Positions 55,601-64,000 of a stretch of 64,000 nt of DNA are shown here, in pieces. Each line of letters opens with the position of its first letter. The first letter of the stretch is position 1. A program made the position numbers and the translations under genes. Origin of the DNA: Bispira polyomma (lineage: Eukaryota); contig OZ287749.1 in NCBI GenBank assembly GCA_965649765.1, forward strand, positions 73,284,001 to 73,348,000, in the 5' to 3' direction. The notes under the pieces were generated by a model. It ran no database searches. It had not been told where the DNA came from and was given only the letters and a program-made list of their open reading frames with translations.

Positions 55601-58600
55601 TCTATATCAAAATCAAACTCTTATAAGCTTAGATTCTCTGACTATTTTGTGCTCAAACGTGTTTTTTCATTTTTGAACCTACCTTTATCAGAACATTAAG
55701 CTCTGTCAAGCTATTTAGGTGATAGAGTTTCAAGTACTATACAAAGCATTACCACATATGACTTTATGAATCTCTAAACAAACTGGATATTATAGACACA
55801 GTATCAAAATATAAAACTGTAACGTGACGATTCATGTAACTGTTATGTCAAAATATATATACAGTAAAACCCTTTTAAGTAGAGCTTTGATAAGTAGAAT
55901 TACCTGCCAATTAGAAGTTATTGAAATGTCCCATTGCCATATTTCTAATTAAAATTTACCCTGTTAAGTAGAATTTCCGTTAAGTAAGTCCTTTCAGATT
56001 TGACTTAATAGGGATTTAACACTGTACTCTGTGGGTTTGAAACCCACACTGGTGTGAGGCCAGTCAGTATGAAGGTAATGCTTCTAAATACTAGGCCACC
56101 ACAACCTCATTGTTAATGGAACTTGTATACTTTGAACTCTATTTTATGGACATCTTGGGAGAGTGAGAATTTGTTTGGATAATAGAATGTCCGTAAAATA
56201 TAAGTGGCATTTTAGTATGAAACATAGCAAAAAATAAGTTTGGGAGAGTAAAATTTAGTTCGCAAAATCAAATATTTGAATAATAGAGGGTCAGATTATA
56301 GAGGTTCTACTGTATATGTATACATGTTACCGAGAGCAACTTGTGTTCAAAGATGTGTAAACTGGTCAATAAATAAAGTTAGACTATCCAACTTACACAA
56401 GAGCGGATCAAGGCTTCTATGTCCTGCAATGCTTGACCGTATCTACTGGCCTGAGGTAGTAGTCCTGATAGGATCCGGGTTAACGGTTGGTGAATACTCA
56501 CGGGTTCCTTGGCTACGTTATAGTCAATACAGCTGACTACGTGGTTAGCAACTGAAGAAACAAGTACATACAGAGAATTGAGATCCCTGGTTCTGGACAG
56601 TTAGACATCATATACTACCAAATGAGCTCTAGATCCCTTGGTGGTAGATCTTTTCACCTAACTTGGCAAACATCTGTCAAGAGGGTTGGTCAGTAGCACC
56701 GAAGCAAAGTCCAAAGTTTAGCAGATATTACATTATAAGTACCCCTTGGAATGTAAACCTTGTGGGTGTATACTAAAACACGCAGAATACTTGCCCAATA
56801 TTTTCATGAGAAATAGTTGTTTTTCTGTCAAAATTTGCTTAACAGTAAATATATTGTACCCTCTTTTAGAAATTAAGCCATAAATTGTTCAATATTGCTT
56901 CTGTCATTATCTTAATTATGGTAAATTTTTAAGGTTTGACATCAGTGGTGAATCAATGGGACACTGATTAGACAAATGAATGGTAATTGATTAATCAAGG
57001 CTAAGAATAAACAGGCCAGCATTAGCACTAACCTTGGTGATCTATGTACTTGACTCCCGGGAGTTTATTCTGCTTGGTTTCCAAGTGCTTTAGTATACAC
57101 TGACAGGCCTTCATCAAAACGTCCCTCTGAAATGTACAAAAATAACAACAGTGACCAAACTATTGGAGCTAACAATTTTAAAGCGTGCCGCCTCTTCGGA
57201 GAGAGAGTTACAAAGTTTACAATTACTAAAGGTATTGTGATAAATTTGGCAATTGATAAATAATCTACAAAAAATACAACAAATGACAACTTAAGACTGT
57301 TGGAGCAAAACGTTTCTAATGTGTACTACATCTTCAGAGAGTTAAAAAGTTTACAATTATGAAAAATATTGTGATAGATACAGCCATATTTAAATTACTG
57401 GTACACCAGTGTATATTATACAAACATAAGGTCACCATACTTACATCACTAGTACCCCAGTGTATACTATACAAACATAAAGTCACCATACTTCCATCAC
57501 TAGTACACTAGTGTATATCATACAAACATAAGGTCACCATACTTACATCACTAGTACACCAGTGTATATTATACAAACACAAGAGGAGAATGGCCTGGCG
57601 GCCATATCATGATAATGCCACTAAAAGCTAATTATTGACCACTCTTATCTTGTTCATATTGTGAGACATATAGGTTCTGTAACTTTTATCCTTCAAAATA
57701 GTCCAGTAAACCTGTATGCAATATATTGGGTTCACAATATTTTTTTCCTCAACTTGATACAGTAAGGAATCTAAAATTTGCTCCTGTATCTAAAATTCGT
57801 AACCCCTAAAGTTTAAGCCAAATAAATAAAAACTGGAAAAAAATAACTGGTAAGGAAGGCAAATATTGGTCATAAAAATATCAATTGAAGCAAATATTAA
57901 CAACAATTCTACCCAAAAACACAACATTTTCTAGGTGGTGAATTTCAGATGGTGGCAAATTTTATATTCCTTACAGCCACAATCACCAATCAACCAAAGT
58001 ATTATATATATATGTTATATATTTTCCCAAACCTAATGTTTGTCATATACTGTATATATATTCCTTTTGAAACCATTTGAAAATGGGCGGTAACAGACCC
58101 TTTAATCAAATCCGAGGCTCCCAATATATAGAACTTGAATAACTTCTACTATACCGCACATAATCACACCAAATTAATTTTGGACCAACTAGAGACAAAA
58201 GAGTGTATATACACTAAATATAAGAGCACAACTCCCTACAGATTCAGAGATTACCCTGTTGACACGTTGTAACCATGCGTAACCAAGGGTCTTCCACTAT
58301 CTCCTTCTTTCTCCAGGAAAACATGATTATGCCAATAGGCACTGGCATAATAATGCAATAAGGTCACCATACTTACATCACTAGTACACCAGTCTATCAT
58401 TGCCTGTATAGTATCTTCCAGTTTAAGCTGTAGAGTAAAGCCACCTTCCCACTCTAACTCAAACTCAATGTGCTGTCCAGTCTGTCTGGTCACTGCATCC
58501 ATACCCTGTGGTCAAGTAGAGAGTAGAATCTCTATTTTCTAAACATTAAATTTTATGAACTAAGTTAAGTTTATACACTCCTCAGTATAAGTTTAAACCA

Positions 58601-61600
58601 TTAGTTCATACTAAAATTTATCTTCCTTTTTTATGCAACATACATTATTATCTGAATTGATCTCGTTCTCTCAAGATGTTCGGATATTAGAGATTCAGAA
58701 AGAACATCTTTTTTTTTATAATAGGTCCTCTATTATCCAAACATATGTGGAAAAGAGATTTTATCAGGACAATAACTGAAGGTTGATAAGGTTGTTAAAT
58801 TCAAAATTAAGCCCCATCTACCTGTCGTCCCTTTACAATTAATTTGAGAGATGTATTATAAATATAACTGTACATTCAGATACCAATGAATTAGGATTCT
58901 TCTGGCACAGCTACCCACTTATTAGATTTATGAAGTTTGGCTACTATGGTCATGAGTAAAAACTACAAATAGGATGCCCTGATAAGAGTAGCTGCAACAT
59001 ATCAAAAGAAACAGGAAAGCATAGAAAAAAACACATTATCATGTGTAATGCCCACCCTATGAATGCTTTGTCAACAGTTGTACAGTAGTCCTTAAAGACC
59101 TTGTTTTGTTTGTTCAGACACAATATATGTAAGGCCTCTCATACTCAAAGAGCCCAAAATTTGCTCCAAATCGCTGTATCTGTAACGGTTTCTGTGATAC
59201 GTGTGAATTACTTATGTTGAAAGCTGAATGAACTAACAAAAAGGCGGGTTACGCAATTAGTATCAGGGATAGGGTCCAGCATCAAATTTTAATTTAATTT
59301 TTTGTTTGTACAGATTTATAGTTATTTTACCATAAACGGTTCTATTGGCCTGTGTTTTACAGGTCTTCAGCTACTTCTATTCCAGAAACTAACCTGTAGA
59401 CTACTTGAATCAAATGGCAATCCATATTGCTTTACGATCTGTCCAGTATGTTTTCCTTTAAATGTCCGACAACCATTTTTAAGATGGCAGCCGTGGCGGC
59501 CATCTTGTTTTTAGGAATGGGCCCAAATACAATCCAACCAAGCTATTGACATGATACACCTCTACAACAAATTTGGTGATGATAGCTGCAATACTTTTCC
59601 TTTAAATGTCCGGAAACTGTTTTCAAGATGGCGACCAAATACAATTCCAACCAAGCTATTGACATAATACACCTCCACAACAAATTTAGTAATGATCGCT
59701 GCAATACTTTTCCTTTAAATGCACAGAAACAAAATAGCTACTCAAAATAGCTAATTAGCTATTACTTGGTTAACTTTATAGCTATAATAACCAAAAGCAA
59801 TACCAAGCAAGTTACTGACCCCATAATCCTACATACCAAATTTGGTAAAGATAGCTAAAATATTTTTCCTTAAAATGAGTGAAAACGAAGTGTGATGTCG
59901 GACACAAGACGGCAGACGCCTGAAAAAGTGATATGTCCGCCCCCCAGCGGGGTGGGCATAATTAGTGACTTTCTTTACATTTGCTTCAGCGCAAACCAAA
60001 TTGGTTACTGAAAAATATCTTAATGTAACATGTATCAACTCCCATACATAATTAAAAGAACATATTTCCTTCTATGATTTCCTAAAATATAGCCTACACA
60101 AACTCACTCCAGTTGACTTGCCACTGTCAATGTCTTAATCTAGCACACACTAAATTGCTACTGACAAGTGTATTAGCATTTCCACAATTTTCACTCATGA
60201 CCTACCTGCATGTATCCCAGTAGCTTTAGGTAGGCATCAAATCCATTGATAAAGTTCTCTCTGAGTTTATCATTCCACTCGCTGGGGGTGGGTGAAGTAC
60301 TTAATGCATATCTGTGAAACATACATCCAAACACAATATTTATTATTATTAAAGCATTTAACATAGCACCCTATTGATATATCATCCTCCAAGGTGCTTA
60401 TTCTATAAAAGAGATAGTGCTTCAAACATAGCCTTGTTCATCATCAGTAGGCAGTGGTGTGCCCAATGATGTAATCCCACCAGTGAACATTTTAGTATCA
60501 GCAGGAGTCAAACCAGGGACTTTCCGATCAAAAGATTAACTACACCAACTGTTTAGTTATGATGTAAGACATGATGTTTTATTCTATACTTACCCGGTAT
60601 TTGTCCATCTATGGTTGTGCTAAGTTACATAAAATAAGGAAGAGAAACTAGAGATTAAAGTATAACTAGCAATTTTTGTACCCAAAATATATGGGTTTTT
60701 TACTTAACAGCTATTGGAACTTTTTGATCTGCAAAAAGGTTTTGACTAATAAATATTCCCATTATACAAGTTACGCCCTAAACTTAACTCATTCTTGGAA
60801 TATGTATATGAATGCGCCTGGATACTAATTAGCATTATTTGAAGAACAAAAGAGTGGTTCATAGACAATGGTTTGCTTTTAAAAAGGTTCAAGTAAATCT
60901 GAACCAATCAAGTTTAATGTTTCTGGCACACATTTCATAAATCTATATCTGGCACACAGAAAATATATTATATATATACAGTAGAACCTCTATTAACCGA
61001 ACTTCTATTATCCAAATATTTGATTTTTTATTAACTCATTTCCAATCTCCCAATTTTACATTTAAATGCCTCTTCTATTTTACAAACCTTTCTATTATCC
61101 AAACAAAGTCTTGCTTTCCCAACACATTCAAATAATAAAATTCTCTACTATATTTAATAATTGGGTACAAATCTCTATGTATATGATGGCATCATATGAC
61201 TGCAGAAGATTTGTAGAAAGAGAAAAATGCCCCCAAATATAGGTTACCTGAGATCATAAAGACTATATTGTGCCCTTCGGAAAGAATGATGTCTGTCTTG
61301 CTTATCAAAAGCAAAAGTGTCATCCTCTACAACACACAAACATTACAGGCAAATTTATATGTATGGCTTCAATGCAACTGCTATTTCTTTTGATTAAATT
61401 AGAAAATGATCATATATACTGGTGGCATACCACATGATTTGGTGCTTTTTTTAAACATGCTATTTGTTAAGTAATGTCACTAATGTCAGCTCATGAAACA
61501 AATAGCTTTAATTACAATTGAATCCCTTTGAGTTTAACTTTAAGGGACCGCTAGAAATACATTTACATAAGCAGGATTTCCACTTAACAGGATAGAATTT

Positions 61601-62401
61601 GAAGGAAAATGGCTTTGTGGGACTATAAAGTCTGCTCCACATAAAAGATAAATTGAGTTAACAGAACTCTACTTAAAAGGGTTTGATTGTACTTACTCTG
61701 TTGTAAGTGTAACAACAGTAAACAACAGTGGAGGGCCACAGCATCAGATGACCAAGTGGATTATACGAGTGGTCAGCACTTATTTAACAAAACTTCTGGA
61801 ATTTTTAGTTATAACCGCTGTACGCAGGTCAAATCAAGACATTCCATCAATTTAAAGAAATTTTTGAAACTGTAAGCTCTATATTTACATTGATTTATAG
61901 GGCTTTAAAGTCGCTTTCAATACATTGTATAGGTCATATTACAATGGGCAGTTTTACTGGTGGGGAAAAAGCAGTGCATAGTAGTTGGTCCAAATTCTGC
62001 AGTGCAAGACACTTGGCACGGACAAGGAAAAACTGCTAACTTTGCCACATAAAGCCACGGCCGAGATTCGAACCCACAGCCTCAGAGGTGGGAGGCGAGT
62101 GTGCCGCTGCGCCTGTTGTGTATTTACAGTTGTCAATTTTATGGACAGTCTGCAGAAATATGCTCAAGCTTTCATAAACAGCTGGGGGTCACTTCATTTT
62201 AGATAAAACCATTGTCAACTAAAATCCACTTCTGATTCCCCATTTTATGATATCACAACAGATGATAATGATGACGTTACTCTGACATCATCAGATGTGA
62301 TGAAATGCAGTAGTAAACTTACTTAGTTTCCTTTCACATTCTTCTAGAAAAGTGTTCAGTATTACTGCCAGTAAATTGTGCTCTGTGATTAAGAATCGTG
62401 C
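25462..62401 (-). CDS. UBR2: E3 ubiquitin ligase UBR1/UBR2 ortholog (N-recognin), last 31 coding exons; 5' part beyond right edge
   Basis: Spliced translation is open and gives UBR1/2 motifs: [109 protein letters not shown]; ends AVEWNHL*. Confidence 0.95.
26897..26998 (-). CDS. UBR2: UBR exon
   Basis: VRECQILL...[20 protein letters not shown]. Confidence 0.93.
28108..28278 (-). CDS. UBR2: UBR exon
   Basis: [30 protein letters not shown]...CGAGTGIFL. Confidence 0.93.
28745..29094. repeat. 46/51-bp tandem repeat (~7 copies) derived from exon end plus donor site
   Basis: Unit CGTGAAGGTAGACACTTGGTTAATGAGCTGGCTGTAGTAAGACTTA. Confidence 0.9.
29058..29198 (-). CDS. UBR2: UBR exon
   Basis: WCSD...YPLSVNRLVSLPAHYSQLINQVSTF. 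Confidence 0.9.
29649..29907 (-). mobile_element. tRNA-derived SINE
   Basis: Reverse-complement copy of 33661 element with poly-A tail. Confidence 0.85.
30749..30857 (-). CDS. UBR2: UBR exon
   Basis: EFEALCRYLGLPTDLSLYF. Confidence 0.9.
31366..31499 (-). CDS. UBR2: UBR exon
   Basis: WQLLSHLKEAMLPFLRCCALLFHYI. Confidence 0.9.
32180..32255 (-). CDS. UBR2: UBR exon
   Basis: SMEIEGLTDAEIMVQFYMELRHKAG; phases fit. Confidence 0.8.
33112..33354 (-). CDS. UBR2: UBR exon
   Basis: PGLLDIDMFHFLV...DLHLLELVTTAHLVQVMLTS. Confidence 0.92.
33661..33914 (+). mobile_element. tRNA-derived SINE
   Basis: A box TGGCCTAGTGG, B box GAGTTCGAATCC, body ending GAGTGGACGTTAAATATCCCAATTC plus A-tail; three highly similar copies in window. 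Confidence 0.88.
34020..34265. repeat. Degenerate ~37-bp tandem repeat containing exon donor site
   Basis: TATCAGTTAATCACCTGA...TTGTCTC units, ~7 copies. Confidence 0.75.
34257..34409 (-). CDS. UBR2: UBR exon
   Basis: VFGPLSTRQEDCLNSMVRFAA. Confidence 0.9.
35190..35277 (-). CDS. UBR2: UBR exon
   Basis: IGLGVLPDDQNERIPMVAWNTCAFTI. Confidence 0.9.
35980..36040 (-). CDS. UBR2: UBR exon
   Basis: THFSDSINEMLKKFSQDVYR. Confidence 0.85.
35997..36310. repeat. ~106-bp tandem repeat (3 copies) containing acceptor site and exon start
   Basis: ACTGTCTGAAAAGTGGGTA(C/T)T..AAAA...AAAACAAGGTAAAA repeated. Confidence 0.85.
37475..37731. repeat. 125-bp direct tandem duplication
   Basis: TTTTGGAGCTTA(T/C)AGCCAAAAAGTTATACG... 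twice, near identical. Confidence 0.9.
37859..37970 (-). CDS. UBR2: UBR exon
   Basis: PCPLSSITKMMAESVAKNFQVMFEYVYVDS; donor AG|gtatgt (an alternative same-phase donor lies 21 nt earlier). Confidence 0.75.
38629..38732 (-). CDS. UBR2: UBR exon
   Basis: DLSFDDWLDGIQKIV; phases fit. Confidence 0.82.
39387..39551 (-). CDS. UBR2: UBR exon (RING end)
   Basis: [26 protein letters not shown]. Confidence 0.92.
39894..40771. mobile_element. TTAA-flanked non-autonomous DNA transposon (Kolobok-like)
   Basis: TTAA|GGTTTTAGTAACGTAAAC ... GTTTACGTCACTAAAGCC|TTAA. Confidence 0.75.
41522..41662 (-). CDS. UBR2: UBR exon (RING)
   Basis: [29 protein letters not shown]. Confidence 0.92.
42298..42489 (-). CDS. 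UBR2: UBR exon (RING start)
   Basis: TCILCQEEQ...AMVLAAYVQK. Confidence 0.9.
42678..42940 (-). CDS. UBR2: UBR exon
   Basis: KRKKAEKASKRRDRIMAQMSRMQKNFIKENEELF. Confidence 0.92.
43589..43671 (-). CDS. UBR2: UBR exon
   Basis: DPSMLSLLEGLTSHTTIQKDLLMWVLK. Confidence 0.85.
43873..44133 (-). mobile_element. tRNA-derived SINE with TSD
   Basis: Same family as 33661; flanked by TGT(G/A)AGGTGAAGG on both sides. Confidence 0.88.
44705..44795 (-). CDS. UBR2: UBR exon
   Basis: ILHLIGLALHEEK. Confidence 0.9.
45585..45739 (-). CDS. UBR2: UBR exon
   Basis: ALPPPIPPPF...NLLTCDVM...WSEVQFEK. Confidence 0.92.
46714..46868 (-). CDS. UBR2: UBR exon
   Basis: GKGMYELKP...[18 protein letters not shown]. Confidence 0.92.
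47307..49008 (+). mobile_element. Helentron-associated (HINE-like) element, family A, with ~165-bp satellite core
   Basis: 5' ACAAGAGGAGAATGGCCTGGCGG..CATGATAATGCC; ~5 tandem units at 47940-48700; 3' hairpin GCATGATTATGCCAAT-AAGC-ATTGGCATAATCATGC. Confidence 0.75.
49303..49480 (-). CDS. UBR2: UBR exon
   Basis: ERYQPGIG...EVIHQLCLQAMPHSELSKSLP...VADFK. Confidence 0.92.
49715..50196. mobile_element. MITE, TA-flanked
   Basis: TA|CTGGTTCCGCTCTC ... GAGAGCAGAACCGG|TA. Confidence 0.7.
50666..50763 (-). CDS. UBR2: UBR exon
   Basis: DDLIRQKITLAEEFLNLLIVIL. Confidence 0.88.
51170..53550 (+). mobile_element. Family B HINE-like element with a family C element (51642-53460) nested inside
   Basis: Family B sequence TTGTTTTTCAAA|ATAAGGCCAAAA (intact at ~22095) is split by the insert; family B 3' hairpin at ~53516-53546. 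Confidence 0.7.
53617..53759 (-). CDS. UBR2: UBR exon
   Basis: [25 protein letters not shown]. Confidence 0.92.
54665..54772 (-). CDS. UBR2: UBR exon
   Basis: [29 protein letters not shown]. Confidence 0.92.
54808..55167. repeat. 40-bp minisatellite, ~9 copies
   Basis: CTCCCCCATCCAAGGCAAAGGGCCATCAGTACAAAGGGTA. Confidence 0.95.
56397..56551 (-). CDS. UBR2: UBR exon
   Basis: [24 protein letters not shown]. Confidence 0.88.
57033..57126 (-). CDS. UBR2: UBR exon
   Basis: RDVLMKACQCILKHLETKQNKLPGVKYIDHQ; phases fit. Confidence 0.8.
57400..57578. repeat. 51-bp tandem repeat (~3.5 copies) derived from exon end plus donor site
   Basis: TACAAACATAAGGTCACCATACTTACATCACTAGTACACCAGTGTATAT; matches junction at 58358-58393. 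Confidence 0.9.
57579..58356 (+). mobile_element. Family A HINE-like element (short copy)
   Basis: Same 5' end and ~200-bp 3' end with hairpin as 47307-49008. Confidence 0.78.
58377..58505 (-). CDS. UBR2: UBR exon
   Basis: GMDAVTRQTGQHIEFELEWEGGFTLQ...WCTSD. Confidence 0.9.
58961..59962 (+). mobile_element. Family C HINE-like element
   Basis: 5' ACTACAAATAGGATGCCCTG shared with 51642; 3' hairpin ATGTCCGCCCC-CCAGC-GGGGTGGGCAT. Confidence 0.68.
60206..60311 (-). CDS. UBR2: UBR exon
   Basis: YALSTSPTPSEWNDKLRENFINGFDAYLKLLGYMQ. Confidence 0.88.
60979..61149. mobile_element. Short TA-flanked mariner/Tigger-type MITE (older copies also near 28300, 30480, 32750, 56130)
   Basis: TACAGTAGAACCTCTATTA left terminus and degenerate inverted right end; shared CTATTATCCAAACAAA core. 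Confidence 0.55.
61248..61326 (-). CDS. UBR2: UBR exon
   Basis: DDTFAFDKQDRHHSFRRAQYSLYDL; AG/GT. Confidence 0.85.
62323..62401 (-). CDS. UBR2: UBR exon
   Basis: ARFLITEHNLLAVILNTFLEECERKL; AG/GT. Confidence 0.85.
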
Positions 62402-63674
62402 CTGCAATGATAAAACAATCAAAGGTTATAATGATCCCTTACCCTGAACATGTATTTTCTGTCATATTTGCAGCGGTTGAAGGTTTAGTGTAAAAGGTAT
62501 TACACCCTTTACACTTGCAAGTCAAAAATTGGCTCGAAATCGCTCAAAAAATTGAAGATGGTTGCCAAAACTTCGAAATTTTAATATTAATCGATATTAC
62601 ACCATTTCTACCCTAATAGTCGAACAATTGGCTCAAACTCACTCTATCGCCTTTCTGAGATATTAGCCATGTTATGAAATTGCCAAAATTCACAATGGGG
62701 GTCCAAATTTTGAAATGCTAAACATTTAGAAAATTCCATGTTTGCCCGTATTACACAATTTCTAAGATTGGCTCAAAATTGCTCTGTCACTGAGTCATGT
62801 GACCTCAACATGCAATCATTTTTTTCACAGAAAGTCATAAAAGTTTTCTCTCTACTCTGAAGCAAACTCCAGACCAAATGGGTGATTCTAGTTCAAGTAC
62901 TTTCGCTGTAAACGTCTATATTTGTAAGTCACTATGTCGGCCATATTGGTGTGCATTTTTTCCAGATTTTTTTAGTGGACAACTTATATTATGCAAAATA
63001 TAAACATCAAAGGTCAAACAGTTGAACGAACGAATATATGTACAGAGCAGAGTTCTATATCGCCTGATTGTTTGGCCCGTGTAGCTTCAATAAAATACTT
63101 TCACAGAAACTTGCATTGAAGAAAACTTTGATACACTACTTATTTACATTGTCTTGATACAAAAGGTTCCTCACTATAATGTTAGTGTAGCTGTTTTTTT
63201 CTATTACTGTTAGAATTAACAAGTCGACCAATGTGATGAGTTTGTTAAACAACCTGTCAGCTGGGGCTGAAATTATCATTCTTCAACTTATGCTTAAACC
63301 TCAAATACCATATTTACATATATCCTCATTAATGAGGATATCCTAGACATGTGGCCAGTTATTTTGATTAAACTTTTCAGTGAAAAATTTTCTATTTTAA
63401 GATTATAAATTTAAAGTTGAAGACCTTTGATAAAAACAGTCCTTGATGTATAGAACTATTGCTACAACCATAGACATTAAAATGTCTTTGTAGCTATTAT
63501 GCTGGTTCAGTATTTTAGCAAACATTACTGGTGATTCCGAGTGCAGAATTTATTTGTTAAATAAACTATTTCAAAAGTGTCAGATATTGTATCTGAGAAT
63601 TAATTTTGTAATATACTAGGAGTACATTGCATTATATGCAGCTCAAGGAGTGCACAATACAAAATCAATACTAA

Positions 63675-64000
63675 CTAGACCTAGCGCATTGTAGAACCGA
63701 TGCATATTTGTATCCACCAAAAAGACAAAGTACCCAAGGTAGCAAGCATATGATTTCCTATAGGGCATTTATCTAAAGCTTTAAATGACACAAGTGGGTT
63801 TCACATTGCAAACCTGTGGGATCAATAATAAGTGATATATAGGCACTTTAAAGTTTGGCCTACCCATTTGACCTTGCACGAGGGGTCCAAGGTCAAATCG
63901 GACCACATCAAAAGATTCCCAGGCCATGATTTCCTATAGGTTGGTTTCACATCTAAAACCTGTTTGACCAAAAATAAGCGAGATATAGTACTTTCAAGTT
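63675..64000 (+). mobile_element. Family B HINE-like element (runs off right edge)
   Basis: ACTAGACCTAGCGCATT..TGTATCCACC plus CATGATTTCCTATAGG repeats. Confidence 0.72.

Overview
AT-rich, intron-rich animal genomic DNA; the repeat families suggest a lophotrochozoan, probably a mollusc (inference). Two host genes lie on the minus strand. The first four coding exons of a striatin-family gene span 7085->81 and run off the left edge. The last 31 coding exons of a UBR1/UBR2-type N-recognin E3 ligase span 62401->25462; all have GT-AG borders and consistent phases. The intergenic region and introns hold a Tigger/pogo transposon, a decayed L2/CR1 LINE, tRNA-derived SINEs, several MITE types and Helentron-like satellite-carrying elements. 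The most unusual feature is a decayed Gypsy-type LTR retroelement (8128-~17200). It has a 5' LTR and PBS, a long leader with a GC-rich antisense ORF, and a Gag starting with a helix-hairpin-helix-like motif. Pol is almost wholly deleted. In the env position, behind a splice acceptor, a third ORF ends in a TatD (TATDN2-like) nuclease domain. A second pattern is that four UBR introns carry tandem repeats copied from the adjacent exon/intron junction, splice site included. All calls were made by eye, with no database searches.
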